From: Macrostomum lignano
Lineage: Eukaryota
Assembly: GCA_002269645.1 (NCBI GenBank)
Contig: NIVC01002153.1
Span: 1 to 64,000, forward strand
Direction: 5' to 3'
DNA: 64,000 bases
A program made the position numbers and the translations under genes. How positions within the stretch are numbered: the first letter of the stretch is position 1; every line of letters starts with the position of its first letter. Of the stretch, positions 1 through 27,322 are shown piece by piece. The notes beneath the pieces are model-generated. The model did no database searches. It was not told the origin of the DNA and saw only the letters and a list, made by a program, of their open reading frames with translations.

Positions 1-89
1 AAAAAATACTACTTATATTCCTACCGTTAGTAGAGCATTGATAAATCTAACAAATTAACAAACATATCAAAATCCTGTTAAAAACGCAG

Positions 90-15752
<15,663 letters not shown>

Positions 15753-15785
15753 ATTAACTGCGTGGCGAGTTTATTCAGTTTGAAT

Positions 15786-15946
15786 TGGCGCCGGAAGTAT
15801 AACAAAATGACTATTAAAACAAATCTGACTTTATTAAGATATAATTCATTAAATAATAATAAAAAACTGGCTAATAAAATATCCAGTTGATTTTTAAGAC
15901 AGAAAAAAAGTTTTATTTTTGGCGCCAATTTGAATTGATCACGTGA
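15786..15946 (+). promoter_or_regulatory. Candidate promoter of the Nudix gene, overlapping the dynein poly(A) region
   Basis: ETS-like CCGGAAGT (15791-15798), AATAAA (15858 and 15873), E2F-like TTTGGCGCC (15918-15926), E-box CACGTG (15940-15945). Confidence 0.4.
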
Positions 15947-16344
15947 TGTTTCGGTCGAAAAATGTGTTTTTAAGACTTATAAAGACGAATACTAAACTTA
16001 TTTAATTTATTTTTATAAGGTAAAATTTGCGTTATTGCTTAAGCCGTCCAGTGCCTTTTTATTCGAATTTTGCCAGATAATTTTCCGTCCAATTCTTGTT
16101 CAGTGGAATGAATTTGCGAAGTGTCTGGCATGTTTAATTTTATTCTGATCTATAAAAGAAACATTCCAAATATTGCATCTGTGATCAATTATTATTAATT
16201 GTTATTTTTATCGATTATCGATTTTCTGCTCACTTTGTCGGGAGTGAAAATTTTTCCAACAGTTTTTTTAAATATACTACAGTAGAATTAGAAATTTAGG
16301 TTTGAGTTTACAGATTTTTATAAAGTTTATTGCGACCAACTTTA

Positions 16345-16830
16345 GTATTCCACCCGCTTATCTATCCCACCCGCTGTTTTATCCCACCCCGCTTATCTAT
16401 CCCACCCACCCTTCTATCCCACTCGCTCTTCTATTCCACCCGCTTATCTATCCCACCCACTCTACTATCCCAACCACTCTTCTATCCCATCCACTCTTCT
16501 ATCCCACCCGCTTATCTATCCCACCCACTCTTCTATCCCACCCACTCTTCTATCCCACCCACTCTTCTATCCCACCCGCTTTTTTATCCCACCCACTCTT
16601 CTATCCCACCCACTCTTCTATCCCACCCACTCTTCTATCCCACCCACTCTTCTATCCCACCCACTCTTCTATCCCACCCGCTCTTCTGTCCCACCCGCTT
16701 ATCTATCCCACCCGCCCTTCTATCCCACTGGCTTATCTATCTTACCTGCTCTTCTATCCCACCCACTCTTCTATCTATCCCACCCAGCTTTCTATCCCAT
16801 TCACCCTTCTATCCCACCCGCTCTTCTATC
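16345..16830. repeat. 17-bp minisatellite, probably in the 5'UTR intron of the Nudix gene
   Basis: Unit ACTCTTCTATCCCACCC; lies between candidate donor AG|GTAAAA (16020) and acceptor CTCCAG (16884). Confidence 0.9.
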
Positions 16831-16889
16831 GCTCCTCTATGCGCCAGTGCGGTAGTAACCAAAGACCTGTCTTCACTACTCCAGCAAGC

Positions 16890-17354
16890 ATGCGCGTCAC
16901 GGCCGGGGTTTTCCTATTCCGTCGGCTTGCCGGCTCAGCTGCTGGCTCGTCAGACCCGGACCAATTCGAGGTCCTTCTGCTCCATTCGTCAATGAAACAG
17001 GGCCGCTGGACAATGCCCAAGGGCCACTTGGATACTGGCGAATCCCTACTGCAATGCGCCAATCGAGAGACACTGGAAGAATCGGGTTTAACTGTCGACA
17101 AAGACTATGACGTGATTTCGGAGTTCGAACCGGTGACCTTCAATTTTCCGGCATCCTCTAATCCGTCAATATTGAAACAGGTGACGATTTGGATTGGCGA
17201 AGTGAAACCGGATGCGTCGCCGGTGAAAATCTCGCACGAGCATCGGGATTATCGCTGGTGTCGACACGACGAGTGTCAGGCTTTGCTGACTGCGGGCTTT
17301 CCAGAATCTGTTGACACTTACTTAAAAATGCGGGACTTTATCAATCGCAAATAG
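16890..17354 (+). CDS. NUDT2: Nudix hydrolase, bis(5'-nucleosyl)-tetraphosphatase (Ap4A hydrolase)-like, 154 aa
   Basis: Complete Nudix box G-HLDTG-E-SLLQCAN-RE-TL-EE-SG-L; W.MPKGH and ISHEH..YRW motifs as in NUDT2. ATG 16890 follows an acceptor; an alternative upstream ATG is at 16839. Confidence 0.85.
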   Translation: MRVTAGVFLFRRLAGSAAGSSDPDQFEVLLLHSSMKQGRWTMPKGHLDTGESLLQCANRETLEESGLTVDKDYDVISEFEPVTFNFPASSNPSILKQVTIWIGEVKPDASPVKISHEHRDYRWCRHDECQALLTAGFPESVDTYLKMRDFINRK

Positions 17355-17744
17355 CAGGATAGTAGACAATACCAATTATTATAGATGATGTCACAAGTTT
17401 CTTCTACCTAACACATATATCATTACTAATTCTATTATTTCATTACTATTTCATTACTAATTTTACTTATTATTATTGACTTTCCGCGTTTATTAGGCAA
17501 TGCTTTTATTAATTTAAACTGGTTTTATATCAAAGCTTGTTATAGACACTTGTACTGTACAGTTGTTATCATAATCAGCTTATTATTTAGCACATTGTGA
17601 CGCTAATAAACTGCTGTATCCATGATGTACACAGCTGTACAACTTAGACATCTAAATTGAGTTTAAATACCTTCAAAAATAAATTATTGATTAATTAAGT
17701 CTTTATCGATGCTTGGTTTATCGGGATTATTGATAATGATCGGT

Positions 17745-18310
17745 TATGAAATAAGCGCGCAGATATTGATCGGTAATGGATTGAGCGCGCAGATATTGAT
17801 CGGTAATGGATTGAGCGCGCAGATATATTAATCGATAATGGATTGAGCGCGCAGATATTGATCGGTAATGGATTGAGCGCGCAGATATTGATCGATACTG
17901 GATTGAGCGTGCAGATATTGATCGATACTGGATTGAGCACGCAGATATTGATCGGTAATGGATTGAGCACGCAGATATTGATCGATACTGGATTGAGCAC
18001 GCAGACATTGATCGGTAATGGATTGAGCACGCAGATACTGATCGCTAATGGATTGAGCACGCAGACATTGATCGATACTGGATTGAGCACGCAGATATTG
18101 ATCAATAATGGATTGAGCGCGCAGATATTGATCGGTAATGGATTGAGCGTGCAGATATTGATCGGTAATGGATTGAGCGTGCAGATATTGATCGGTAATG
18201 GATTGAGCGTGCAGATATTGATCGGTAATGGATTGAGCGCGCAGATATTGATTGATACTGGATGAGCTAGCAGATATTGCTCGATACTGGATTGAGCGTG
18301 CAGATATCGA
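17745..18310. repeat. 30-bp minisatellite
   Basis: Unit GCAGATATTGATCGGTAATGGATTGAGCGC, about 19 copies. Confidence 0.95.
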
Positions 18311-19379
18311 TCACCAACAGAATCGATAAATAACAAGTTAGACAGAACACAACAAAAATTTGTCTATGGATTGATTTTGCACTTTTATTTTTATCGAAGA
18401 TGTTTATATTTGAATATTATATGATTTGTTTCGAATAAATCAGTTTAGAATGGTATTAAGCTAGGGTTAATTCAATCAGTGTTTTTATTCTGAAACGATT
18501 TGTGCAACAAAGACTGATGGATTTAACAGTTGAACAGAATGCAGTAAGCTGTAGATTGAATGATAATTGAAACGACATTGTATATAATATAGGCAGGGGG
18601 TGTAGAATTTATATACGAAGGGGTTTCATAAATTGATAAATTTGTATACGTGTAGTACATAAGACCCGGTTTAAATATGCGTGAGTAAGGGTTAAAAATT
18701 TGGATTGAAAAGGCGTTTTTTCTTTACTAAAAAGAGCGTTAATAATGAGTAAGTAGCGGGGAACTTGAACGAAAACTAGAAAAATAAAAGATTCCAATTT
18801 TAATAACTATCTAAATTGAACTTTTATTATTGCTGCTGTAATTAGTATCTGTTCTTTAGCACTAAATCTATTTTAACCACAACCGTTCAACATTAAATAT
18901 TAACCGAAATAAGGGGGGAGACAAGCAGAAACTAGAAAGTAAAACGGGAAAAAATTCCACTAGCTTTGGCGAAACTGTCAAGAGGAAAAAATATTAACCC
19001 CAGCGTGCGCTCAACTCAACTCGCGCTACTGAAACTGGCACTACTTATAGTAGCTAGGCATCGAGATGGCTGAAAAATCCTCGCGCGGATTGGCATCATT
19101 ATTACACAGTTCTGTTTTAAATCGATTTGTAAAATTAAAAAAAAACGGCGAAATTTGAAAGGACAAAGGAGAATGATAAAATTAACATTTAACTAAAACC
19201 ATTTAAAGTTAATTTGTTGCTCTCTGTGGGAACCACAGTTCAAGAAAACTGTTTTAAAAATTCTAATTAGCTAATTCTAGGCAATGCGTAAGGGAGAAGA
19301 ACTTGGCTTAAGATATTCAACTGTTAAATACTTAGGGGCAAAAAACACTTGATAAAACGAGAGTTCTATCGGGAACAAC

Positions 19380-19559
19380 CAGTAGCGCAACCAGAAATTT
19401 TTTGAGGGGGGGCGGATTCTGGAAGGTAAAGTCCCGGGAGAGGGGGGCAGAGGGGTGGCTCTGTTTTGGCGAAAATTCGCTTGGTCCCCCCTTCGATTTT
19501 TTTTTTGGGTCTCCGCCTAAGGGGGGGGGCGACCGCCCCCCCCCCTGGTTGCGCCACTG
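19380..19559. mobile_element. 180-bp hAT-type MITE
   Basis: TIRs CAGTAGCGCAACCAG / CTGGTTGCGCCACTG (14/15). Perfect 8-bp TSD GGAACAAC at 19372-19379 and 19560-19567. Confidence 0.9.
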
Positions 19560-19995
19560 GGAACAACGGTGTCAATATAACAGTACAGAGCGAGCAAATA
19601 AAACAGTCGAATAGGACTGACGTAACAAGCATTTCGCTGCTTGTTTTCTTTTGTTGGAAATTTCAATTTTCATTTTAAAGAAGCTATAATAAAAAAGTTA
19701 AGCTAAAACTTAAAAGCAAACGGCGTTGTACGGCTACTCAAGATCTCGGATTTAATAGTAGCATTGAAAGGAAATCTTTATGAGGATTTCAAGGATTAAA
19801 AACTAGTTTTTTTAGGAAATGAAAAGTAAGACTACGAGTATAATTAGATTGTTACAGTAAATTATGACGCAAACCTGCAGTTTCTCAGAAACTTTTCAGC
19901 ATTTCATTAAAGAGTTTAATATGGCTTTCGGTTCTCAAGTTCAGAGTTGCACTGCATGCTTACCATTCGTGTCCAACGCTCTCATAACTAATCAT

Positions 19996-21249
19996 TCAGT
20001 TGCCGTGCGAAGTATGGTCCATGTACTTCAGTCCGGGACGACCGTCGCCTCGGCCTCCCAGCATGAGCCGAGCTTGAGCCTGCTGTTGCTGCTGCTGCTG
20101 TTGTTGCTGCTGCTGCTGGCTCGGAGGCACGCCCGGGCCTTTCTGCACCTGGGCAGCGTATTGATGGTAAAGCGGCGCCTGGGCGGGCGAGTACGGCACC
20201 AGGCCAGGGCTGAAGCAGTCACCACCGTTAGCGGCAGCGGCAGCAGCGGCAGCGGCGGCTGCGGCAGCAGCAGCGGCCGCGGCTGGGCCTCGAACGGGTG
20301 AGCTCTCCGAATCAGTGTTAGCGTCCAGGCTGCTAGGGTCCGAGCAGGAGCTATAGTCGCTGGTTAGGCTCCCGTTATAAGCGGCCGGAGCGTAGTAAAG
20401 TATGTCTGCGCCGGTAGATCCAGGATTTCTAGAGCCGGCGGATGCCGCGGCGCCGAAGCAGGGCAGAGCAGCAGCTGCGGCGGCCGGATTGATGAACTGC
20501 AGACCGGCCGCGTTCTGGTGGCCGGCGGCGGCGGCTGCAGCCGCAGCGGCTACAGCTGGTGACCAGGGTATCGGCACGTGAGCCCCCGATTGGCTAGCGA
20601 GGCTGGATGCGATGCTACAGACTGGGTCGCCGTTAGCGCCTACGCCAGCGCCGTTCTGCGCTCCGCCTGCGCTTCCATTGATTGCTGTGCCGGCGCCGCC
20701 GCCGCTGGAAATCAGCGGGCTTGCGATGGCATAGGATGGATACTGCAACTGTTGAGGCAAATAGAAGGCAGGAGCGTAGGCTGCACCGTACTGCGGCGTC
20801 TGTAGCATAGACTGGGTTGTAGCGTAGCCTAAAGGCAGACCGTCTTGACCTTGGAGCAGCACGTACTGCACCTGGCCCGGCGCCGCGACCACTGAACCCG
20901 GTCCTCCGGCGCCGATATGCGGAGCCTTCGGAAATGTGTTCTTTTTAACCGCCTTGGATATGTTGAGTTTGCGATCCTTGTACATTAGATTCTCGTACTC
21001 TTGCGAATTCAGAATCTTCTGCGCCACATCCTTGGAGTCAAACGTAATAAAGCCGTAACCTTTAGAAGCGCCTGTTCGATCAAAAATAATCTTCACATCT
21101 TTGATCATGAACTTGTCGAATGTCGATGTTAAAAAATTTCTAAATTCGTTTTCGTCGGCGTGGGGCGGTATTCCTCCGATGAAAATCCGGTTCTCAATTA
21201 CTGTCTCAGTCGCAGAGGATTTAGCCAGAAGACTCAGATCAGCAGTCAT
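19996..21249 (-). CDS. BOLL: Boule/DAZ-family RRM RNA-binding protein, single coding exon, 417 aa
   Basis: TVIENRIFIGGIP (RNP2), DVKIIFDRTGASKGYGFITFD (RNP1) and MYKDRKLNISKAVKK closely match the recalled Boule RRM. Low-complexity Y/P/Q-rich region and poly-A/poly-Q tail. Confidence 0.9.
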   Translation of the reverse strand: MTADLSLLAKSSATETVIENRIFIGGIPPHADENEFRNFLTSTFDKFMIKDVKIIFDRTGASKGYGFITFDSKDVAQKILNSQEYENLMYKDRKLNISKAVKKNTFPKAPHIGAGGPGSVVAAPGQVQYVLLQGQDGLPLGYATTQSMLQTPQYGAAYAPAFYLPQQLQYPSYAIASPLISSGGGAGTAINGSAGGAQNGAGVGANGDPVCSIASSLASQSGAHVPIPWSPAVAAAAAAAAAGHQNAAGLQFINPAAAAAALPCFGAAASAGSRNPGSTGADILYYAPAAYNGSLTSDYSSCSDPSSLDANTDSESSPVRGPAAAAAAAAAAAAAAAAAANGGDCFSPGLVPYSPAQAPLYHQYAAQVQKGPGVPPSQQQQQQQQQQQQQAQARLMLGGRGDGRPGLKYMDHTSHGN

Positions 21250-21558
21250 GATTTCGCAAGCAGGGGTAACTAATAGAAAGCAAGATCAATGCAAAGCAAG
21301 ATTAAATCTATGTTTTACTGGCTGGGCTAGGCGCGCTCTCAATCTTTCTCCTAAGTTTTAACCGACGGGCGGGAAGCGAAGTGAAGGCTCGAGAAGACAG
21401 GCCGCAGAGGTTTTATTTAGCGAAGCCCTAGACAAAGAAAACAGTTTAAATCGTCTTTGGTCGAAGCTAATTTCTCCTGCTCCCTCCCGCTTCTGATTGG
21501 CTCTCGTGAAGGTGACGAAGTTTACGATTAAAGCCTTGATTTTCTTGCTCCTTCTTAC

Positions 21559-21934
21559 CATAGATAAAGTATACATAGATTCCACCCCTGCCCAGAATGT
21601 ACACACGCTCGTGTCCAAACTTTGACCACCATAAAACTCACCGTGCTCTCATTGGCTGGCGCGAAAGCCTTCCTTTCAACACCTTCGATTTCATTCCCTC
21701 ACCCCTTCCACACAAGAAAGCTTTATAACTTTAATGCGCGGAACGAAAGGATGTCTTACCAGTTTCAACAGTTAAAGCGGAGATAATAGAAAAGCGGAGT
21801 TGGGGGAATGTACACACGTGGACTCAATGTGCATAGCGTGGCCCAGCCAATAGGAGCGCAGTGAATAAAGTGATGGTCACAATTTAGACACTCCGCGGGG
21901 GTAGGGGTGGAATCTATGGTATACTTTATCTATG
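21559..21934. mobile_element. 376-bp MITE (CATAG termini; P- or hAT-type) upstream of boule
   Basis: About 31-bp TIR CATAGATAAAGTATA(C)CATAGATTCCACCCCT at 21559-21589 and 21903-21934. Perfect 8-bp TSD CTTCTTAC at 21551-21558 and 21935-21942. Imperfect subterminal inverted repeats. Confidence 0.88.
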
Positions 21935-23274
21935 CTTCTTACCCCCTAAACCGTTACTGTAGTCTAATATAGAACCATTTAGAATTCCATTCCCTCACCC
22001 TTTTATCGATCGGTTTTGCTAAGCCAAAACAACCTACCACCCAGCTAGCCGACTTCGCCACCCCAACCCTCTTAATTATTTTGGCATTAACTGGCGCAAG
22101 CCAAGACCGCTATTTTATCGATCGGTCAGCAGTCAGCAGCCTGAAGAGTAACAGCGCCCCAGGCCCCAGACCCCTCCCACTCCGCCACGCCCGTACACCA
22201 GCATCAGTTAAGCCAGCCACTGCTTAAGTTCTTATCAGTACAAGGGAAACTTGATTCTTTTTAACTGTTTTATCAGCTGGGCTTATACTCGTAATAATAA
22301 AGTTATAGCTGACGAGGCGTGTGGGCGTGGCTGATGTAAATAACACCATCAGACGTGCACCAGTTGAAGTTGTACACCATGCTGGCAATTAAACCAATTA
22401 ACCTACATGGTAAATAGCTAGTTAAATAGCATAAAAATAGCTAGTTTCAGCCAGATTATTAGACTTCTAAATCAGAAAATAGTAGTAAAACATAAGATTG
22501 AATTGAAAGTATAATTGGCACGCAAAACTCTGCACAATCCGAATTACGAAAACTGCGTCTGCATGCAATCCATAATTTGGCCTGATTTCAAGATGAAAAT
22601 AATTAATGTATCAACCTCTATTTACGTATTAATTAACAGTCTAGTGATTAGTCTCGACTCTCAAAACATGATAGCTCTCTTTTTCATCAATCTCATTTTT
22701 ATTTTCTATTAAATTTTGGTATGTTGAGTATCAGCCAGTCAGGCTCTCGTTGACTAAATAGAAATCTCAACCATTTTGAAACTTTTACTTATTTGATAAA
22801 GAATTTGTCATTGGTCTATTTGCCATAGACAAAATATGGAATCAGCCATTTCAAACTTGCTTTCCTTTCCTGCTTTCAACCATCAGCTTGCACTATTGAA
22901 AGGTAGCCAGGCGCAATTCAAAGCCGAAATATTTAGCTGTCAATCATTCTGATCGGTAAATATATCAACACAATAAATACAGTGATGCTATTTCCATGTT
23001 GCTTGTGCATGGCTAAGGGCTCAGTGATGTCATGAGGCCTCAACGTGTCGCCGTCATGATGCTCACAACAACTATTACATGAAGAAAATTAGCGAAAGAG
23101 AGTTAAATAACTGAGGTTAACTTGTCCCGTTTCCCTAAAGTCTAAAATAAAATATGAGAAACTTACAGAGGATGTAAGCATTGTATTTGAGCTTGAACCT
23201 AGAAGGAATGTTATTGGAAAGAAAGGGGTCAGAGCGCTAGCCCACTGAATGATCGGGAGGGGGAGTTGCAGATG

Positions 23275-23410
23275 CCCACTGAATAATCAGGAAGGGGGTC
23301 AGAGAGGCCCACTGAATAATCAGGAAGGGGGTCAGAGAGGCCCACTGAATAATCAGGAAGGGGGTCAGAGAGGCCCACTGAATAATCGGGAAGGGGGTCA
23401 GAGGCCCACT
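23275..23410. repeat. 33-bp tandem repeat, about 4 copies
   Basis: Unit GAATAATCAGGAAGGGGGTCAGAGAGGCCCACT. Confidence 0.9.
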
Positions 23411-23739
23411 AAAATACGAGTATTCGGAAAGGGCAAGGGGTTAGAGCTCACTGAGTAATCAGAAATGGGGGGTCAGAGGCCAAATGAACAATCATGCCAG
23501 TAGTTCATTTCAAACGGCAAAGTGTATCCAATCTTTTCTTGGGGTAGCTACTCGCGTAATAAAATATATTTGCAGTTTTCCGTAGGTATACACGCAGTAC
23601 ACAAAAAACCCGGAACCAAACAAAAAGGATAACAAAGACAAGACAATAACAGTACATCGTATTTTATATAGGAATATCAAAGCATAATTGTAAAACTGTT
23701 TTTTTTTCGAACATTTGTGCATCTACATTTAGAAATACG

Positions 23740-26700
23740 TCATCTTCTAACGCCGCTACCAACGCCTACCAGACCTCCCATCAGAGGATTGCCCGCGCCA
23801 TCTCGCTGATCCCCACCACGATCAGCACCCGGTTGCAACAGACGTCGAAGACCGTGCGTCCGCTCCATGTACAGACTGCGCTGGACTTCGCCGTTGATCT
23901 GTCGTTGCCGGAGCAGCTCCGATCTGGCGCTATTTGTAGCCGTTGGCATCGTGATTGAAGTTTTAGCTCGACGAACTGGCTCGAACGCGCTACTATCGTT
24001 AGTAGTATTGTTGGTATTGTTAGTAGCGGCCTGACTGCGGACTGACTGCAGACGTCGACGACGGCTGCTTTGACGCGTGGGCAGGCCGCCGTCTCGATTC
24101 GGTAAGGGCCCGACGGCTACAGCTGCTGTCGCTCCTGCTGCTTTTGTTGCTGTTTGTTGGCCGCCATTGCCTGCAGATTCTGATTGCAGTTCGGTCATTG
24201 TCTTGGCCCGGCTTACGGGCATGATTTCCTGCGTCGAGCAACATAGAAGGTTTTTTCTTGTTTTTCGTGAAGAAGGATAATTCAATATATTCTATTTGAT
24301 ATTTCCCCATTTCTTCATCTCTGCTCACAACCCCTTTTCTTCTCACAAAAATGACATTAAAAAAAATGGGTGTCAGATGAGAGTCAGCTTGGATGTCAGC
24401 TGAGAGTCAGTGGGGTGTAAGCTGAGAGTCAGTGGGTGTCAGCTGAGAGTCAGCTTGGATGTCAGCTGAGAGTCAGTGGGTGTCAGCTGAGAGTCAGCTT
24501 GGATGTCAGCTGAGAGTCAGTGGGTGTCAGCTGAGAGTCACTGGGTGTCAGCTGAGAGTCACTGGGTGTCAGCTGAGAGTCATCTTGGGTATTAGCTGAG
24601 AGTCAGTGGATGTCAGCTGAGAGTCACTGGGTGTCAGCTGAGAGTCATCTTGGGTATCAGCTGAGAGTCAGTGGGGTATCAGCTGAGAGACACTGGATGT
24701 CAGCTGAGAGTCACTGGGTGTCAGCTGAGAGTCACTGGGTGTCAGCTGAGAGTCAGTGGGGTATCAGCTGAGAGTCACTGGATGTCAGCTGAGAGTCACT
24801 GGGTATCAGCTGAGAGTCACTGGGTGTCAGCTGAGAGTCACTGGGTGTCAGCTGAGAGTCACTGGGTGTCAGCTGAGAGTCAGTGGGTGTCAGCTGAGAG
24901 TCACTGGGTGTCAGCTGAGAGTCAGTGGGTGTCAGCTGAGAGTCACTGGGTGTCAGCTGAGAGTCAGTGGGTGTCAGATGAAAGTCAGCTTGGGTGTCTG
25001 CTGAGAGTCAGTGGGGTATCAGCTGAGAGTCACTGGATGTCAGCTGAGAGACACTGGGTGTCAGCTGAGAGTCACTGGGTGTCAGCTGAGAGTCAGTGGG
25101 TGTCAGCTGAGAGTCAGTGGGTGTCAGCTGAGAGTCAGTGGGTGTCAGCTGAGAGTCACTGGGTGTCAGCTGAGAGTCACTGGGTGTCAGCTGAGAGTCA
25201 CTGGGTGTCAGCTGAGAGTCAGTGGGTGTCAGCTGAGAGTCACTGGGTGTCAGCTGAGAGTCATCTTGGGTGTCAGATGAAAGTCAGCTTGGGTGTCTGC
25301 TGAGAGTCAGTGGGGTATCAGCTGAGAGTCACTGGATGTCAGCTGAGAGACACTGGGTGTCAGCTGAGAGTCACTGGGTGTCAGCTGAGAGTCACTGGGT
25401 GTCAGCTGAGAGTCACTGGGTGTCAGCTGAGAGTCAGTGGGTGTCAGCTGAGAGTCACTGGGTGTCAGCTGAGAGTCACTGGATGTCAGCTGAGAGTCAC
25501 TGGGTGTCAGCTGAGAGTCACTGGGTGTCAGCTGAGAGTCACTGGGTATCAGCTGAGAGACACTGGGTGTCAGCTGAGAGTCACTGGGTGTCAGCTGAGA
25601 GTCACTGGGTGTCAGCTGAGAGTCACTGGATGTCAGCTGAGAGTCACTGGGTGTCAGCTGAGAGACACTGGGTGTCAGCTGAGAGTCAGTGGGTGTCAGC
25701 TGAGAGTCACTGGGTGTCAGCTGAGAGTCAGTGGGTGTCAGCTGAGAGTCAGTGGGTGTCAGCTGAGAGTCACTGGGTGTCAGCTGAGAGTCAGTGGGTG
25801 TCAGCTGAGAGTCAGTGGGTGTCAGCTGAGAGTCACTGGGTGTCAGCTGAGAGTCAGTGGGTGTCAGCTGAGAGTCAGTGGGTGTCAGCTGAGAGTCACT
25901 GGGTGTCAGCTGAGAGTCAGTGGGTGTCAGCTGAGAGTCACTGGGTGTCAGCTGAGAGTCACTGGGTGTCAGCTAGTACTAGTATTCTAAAGGATGTCAG
26001 CTAGGCACCAATTATTGGTGTCGGTTGGGACTCACTGTGCGTCAGTCAGCCAGGGGTTTTTAGGTAGGTCATAAAGTTCCTGGGGTGCCCGAATGAGTTT
26101 CAAAGGTTTCAAAGTCATTTGATGCAAAATATTTTGTGTCAAGGGCATCGATGCCAGGGACGCCATTGGGTATCGGGGACGCAGTGACGTACAGATGTCT
26201 TGGGACGCAACAAGGTGTTGCGGACGGCTGAGTGTCAAAGGAGTGACACATCGTGAGTCGCATTTGCAACTTGTAAGACCGTACACTCACCCGATAGACA
26301 TTCCGCACCCTCGGGTCCAGCCTGGCCGAGCCAACCACGCTGATCCTCGCCGCATCCTCTTGGTCCAAATCAAGCATCGCAACGGAGCTGGCGATTCCAC
26401 GCGATAAAGCATCGACTTCCAGTTCGCGCACCCGGGTGCTGAGGTCGCGCAAAACGGCGTGACGTCGTCCGGACCTAGCCGAACTAGCCGACAATGAATA
26501 CTGGCCGTGAAGTACCGCTCGACGTACCGGAGTTCGAATCCTGGGCTGACGAGTTCGCCGCCATCGAGTCGAATTTTCGAGCAGTTTTTCCACTTCCAAT
26601 TCGATTCTGGCGCTCTCCCCTCTGACCACAGGATCTGCCAGTTGGTGCTGCCGAGTTTTGCTGGCCGCTCGTTGAGTTTTCTCAGGAGATGGCGGAGGCG

Positions 26701-26818
26701 GCGGCGCAGCGTCCAGGAGACCCGTCAGGTACAGGCCGGACTGCTTCAGTTGCGGCGGCTTGTTTTTCCGTTTCTGTCCAGCACCAGGGTACTCTTCTGC
26801 TTCGGTGTCGCTGCTCAT
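23740..26818 (-). CDS. Hypothetical two-exon protein, about 338 aa, no recognised family
   Basis: Exon 26818-26291 (ATG with an in-frame TGA just upstream; donor CGG|GTGAGT) joins in phase 0 to exon 24228-23740 (acceptor CGCAG|GAAATC, stop TGA). Coding-like composition. Candidate 5'UTR intron 26912-26829 and TATAAAAA at 26958-26951. Confidence 0.6.
24368..25975. repeat. 21-bp minisatellite (1.6 kb) in the orphan gene intron
   Basis: Unit GTGTCAGCTGAGAGTCACTGG with palindromic TCAGCTGA; a block of variants recurs about 300 bp apart (near 24970 and 25270). Confidence 0.97.
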
Positions 26819-27322
26819 TTCAAATCATCTGAGTTTTGTTTGTTGGAGACCATAGGAGTGAATTGGAGAGTGGGCTTAACGGGTATACTGGAAACAGACT
26901 CTCTCACGCACCTGCCCATCATCAGTCTATATACTGTAGTTAGTCTCTCATTTTTATACCCCTTTCCTTAGCTATACTACACTGTATTTTTTGGCCAGAC
27001 AAATGTACACTAAAGACGCGAGAGCACCTGTTTGAGTTGCTTCGAGACAATGAAGCTTGCTATAGCTACTAGTAACTACTATGCCCCACCAGCTTCTCAT
27101 ATAGGTTTTCGGTTGAGCGAGCATCGTCCCATGCCATCTGCATCCACTTGAGTTGCTCTTCAATGCTGCAGTTATACTGTAATTTTCCGCCATAACTGAG
27201 TTCTAGAAAATAGCGAGCACTTTTTCGGCTTAAGGAAAATTTAGGAGTTTCGAATGTTTAATTATGAGAAAACGTACATCCGCGGGGTTAGCCAACAAAG
27301 CTTTTTATTCAAGTCACTTTCA

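Noticed and set aside
16302-16889. N-terminal 196 aa of the 350-aa ORF 16302-17354
   Set aside because: Translation of the 17-bp repeat starting from a TTG; the Nudix domain begins after the acceptor near 16885
24671-26004. Repetitive ORFs (VSAESHW / GCQLRVT)
   Set aside because: By-products of a stop-free 21-bp intronic repeat. The same applies to ORFs over 4655-5084, 7281-7858, 8997-9803, 17695-18336, 46519-47702, 50033-51121, 54356-55111, 56032-57681, 58633-59002 and 62161-63643.
26890-26930. Hammerhead ribozyme cores (CTGATGA here and near 36805; CTGAGAA near 34514) and HDV-like folds at 33640-33830
   Set aside because: No correctly placed GAAA/stem II, or P1/P2 pairings could not be completed by eye
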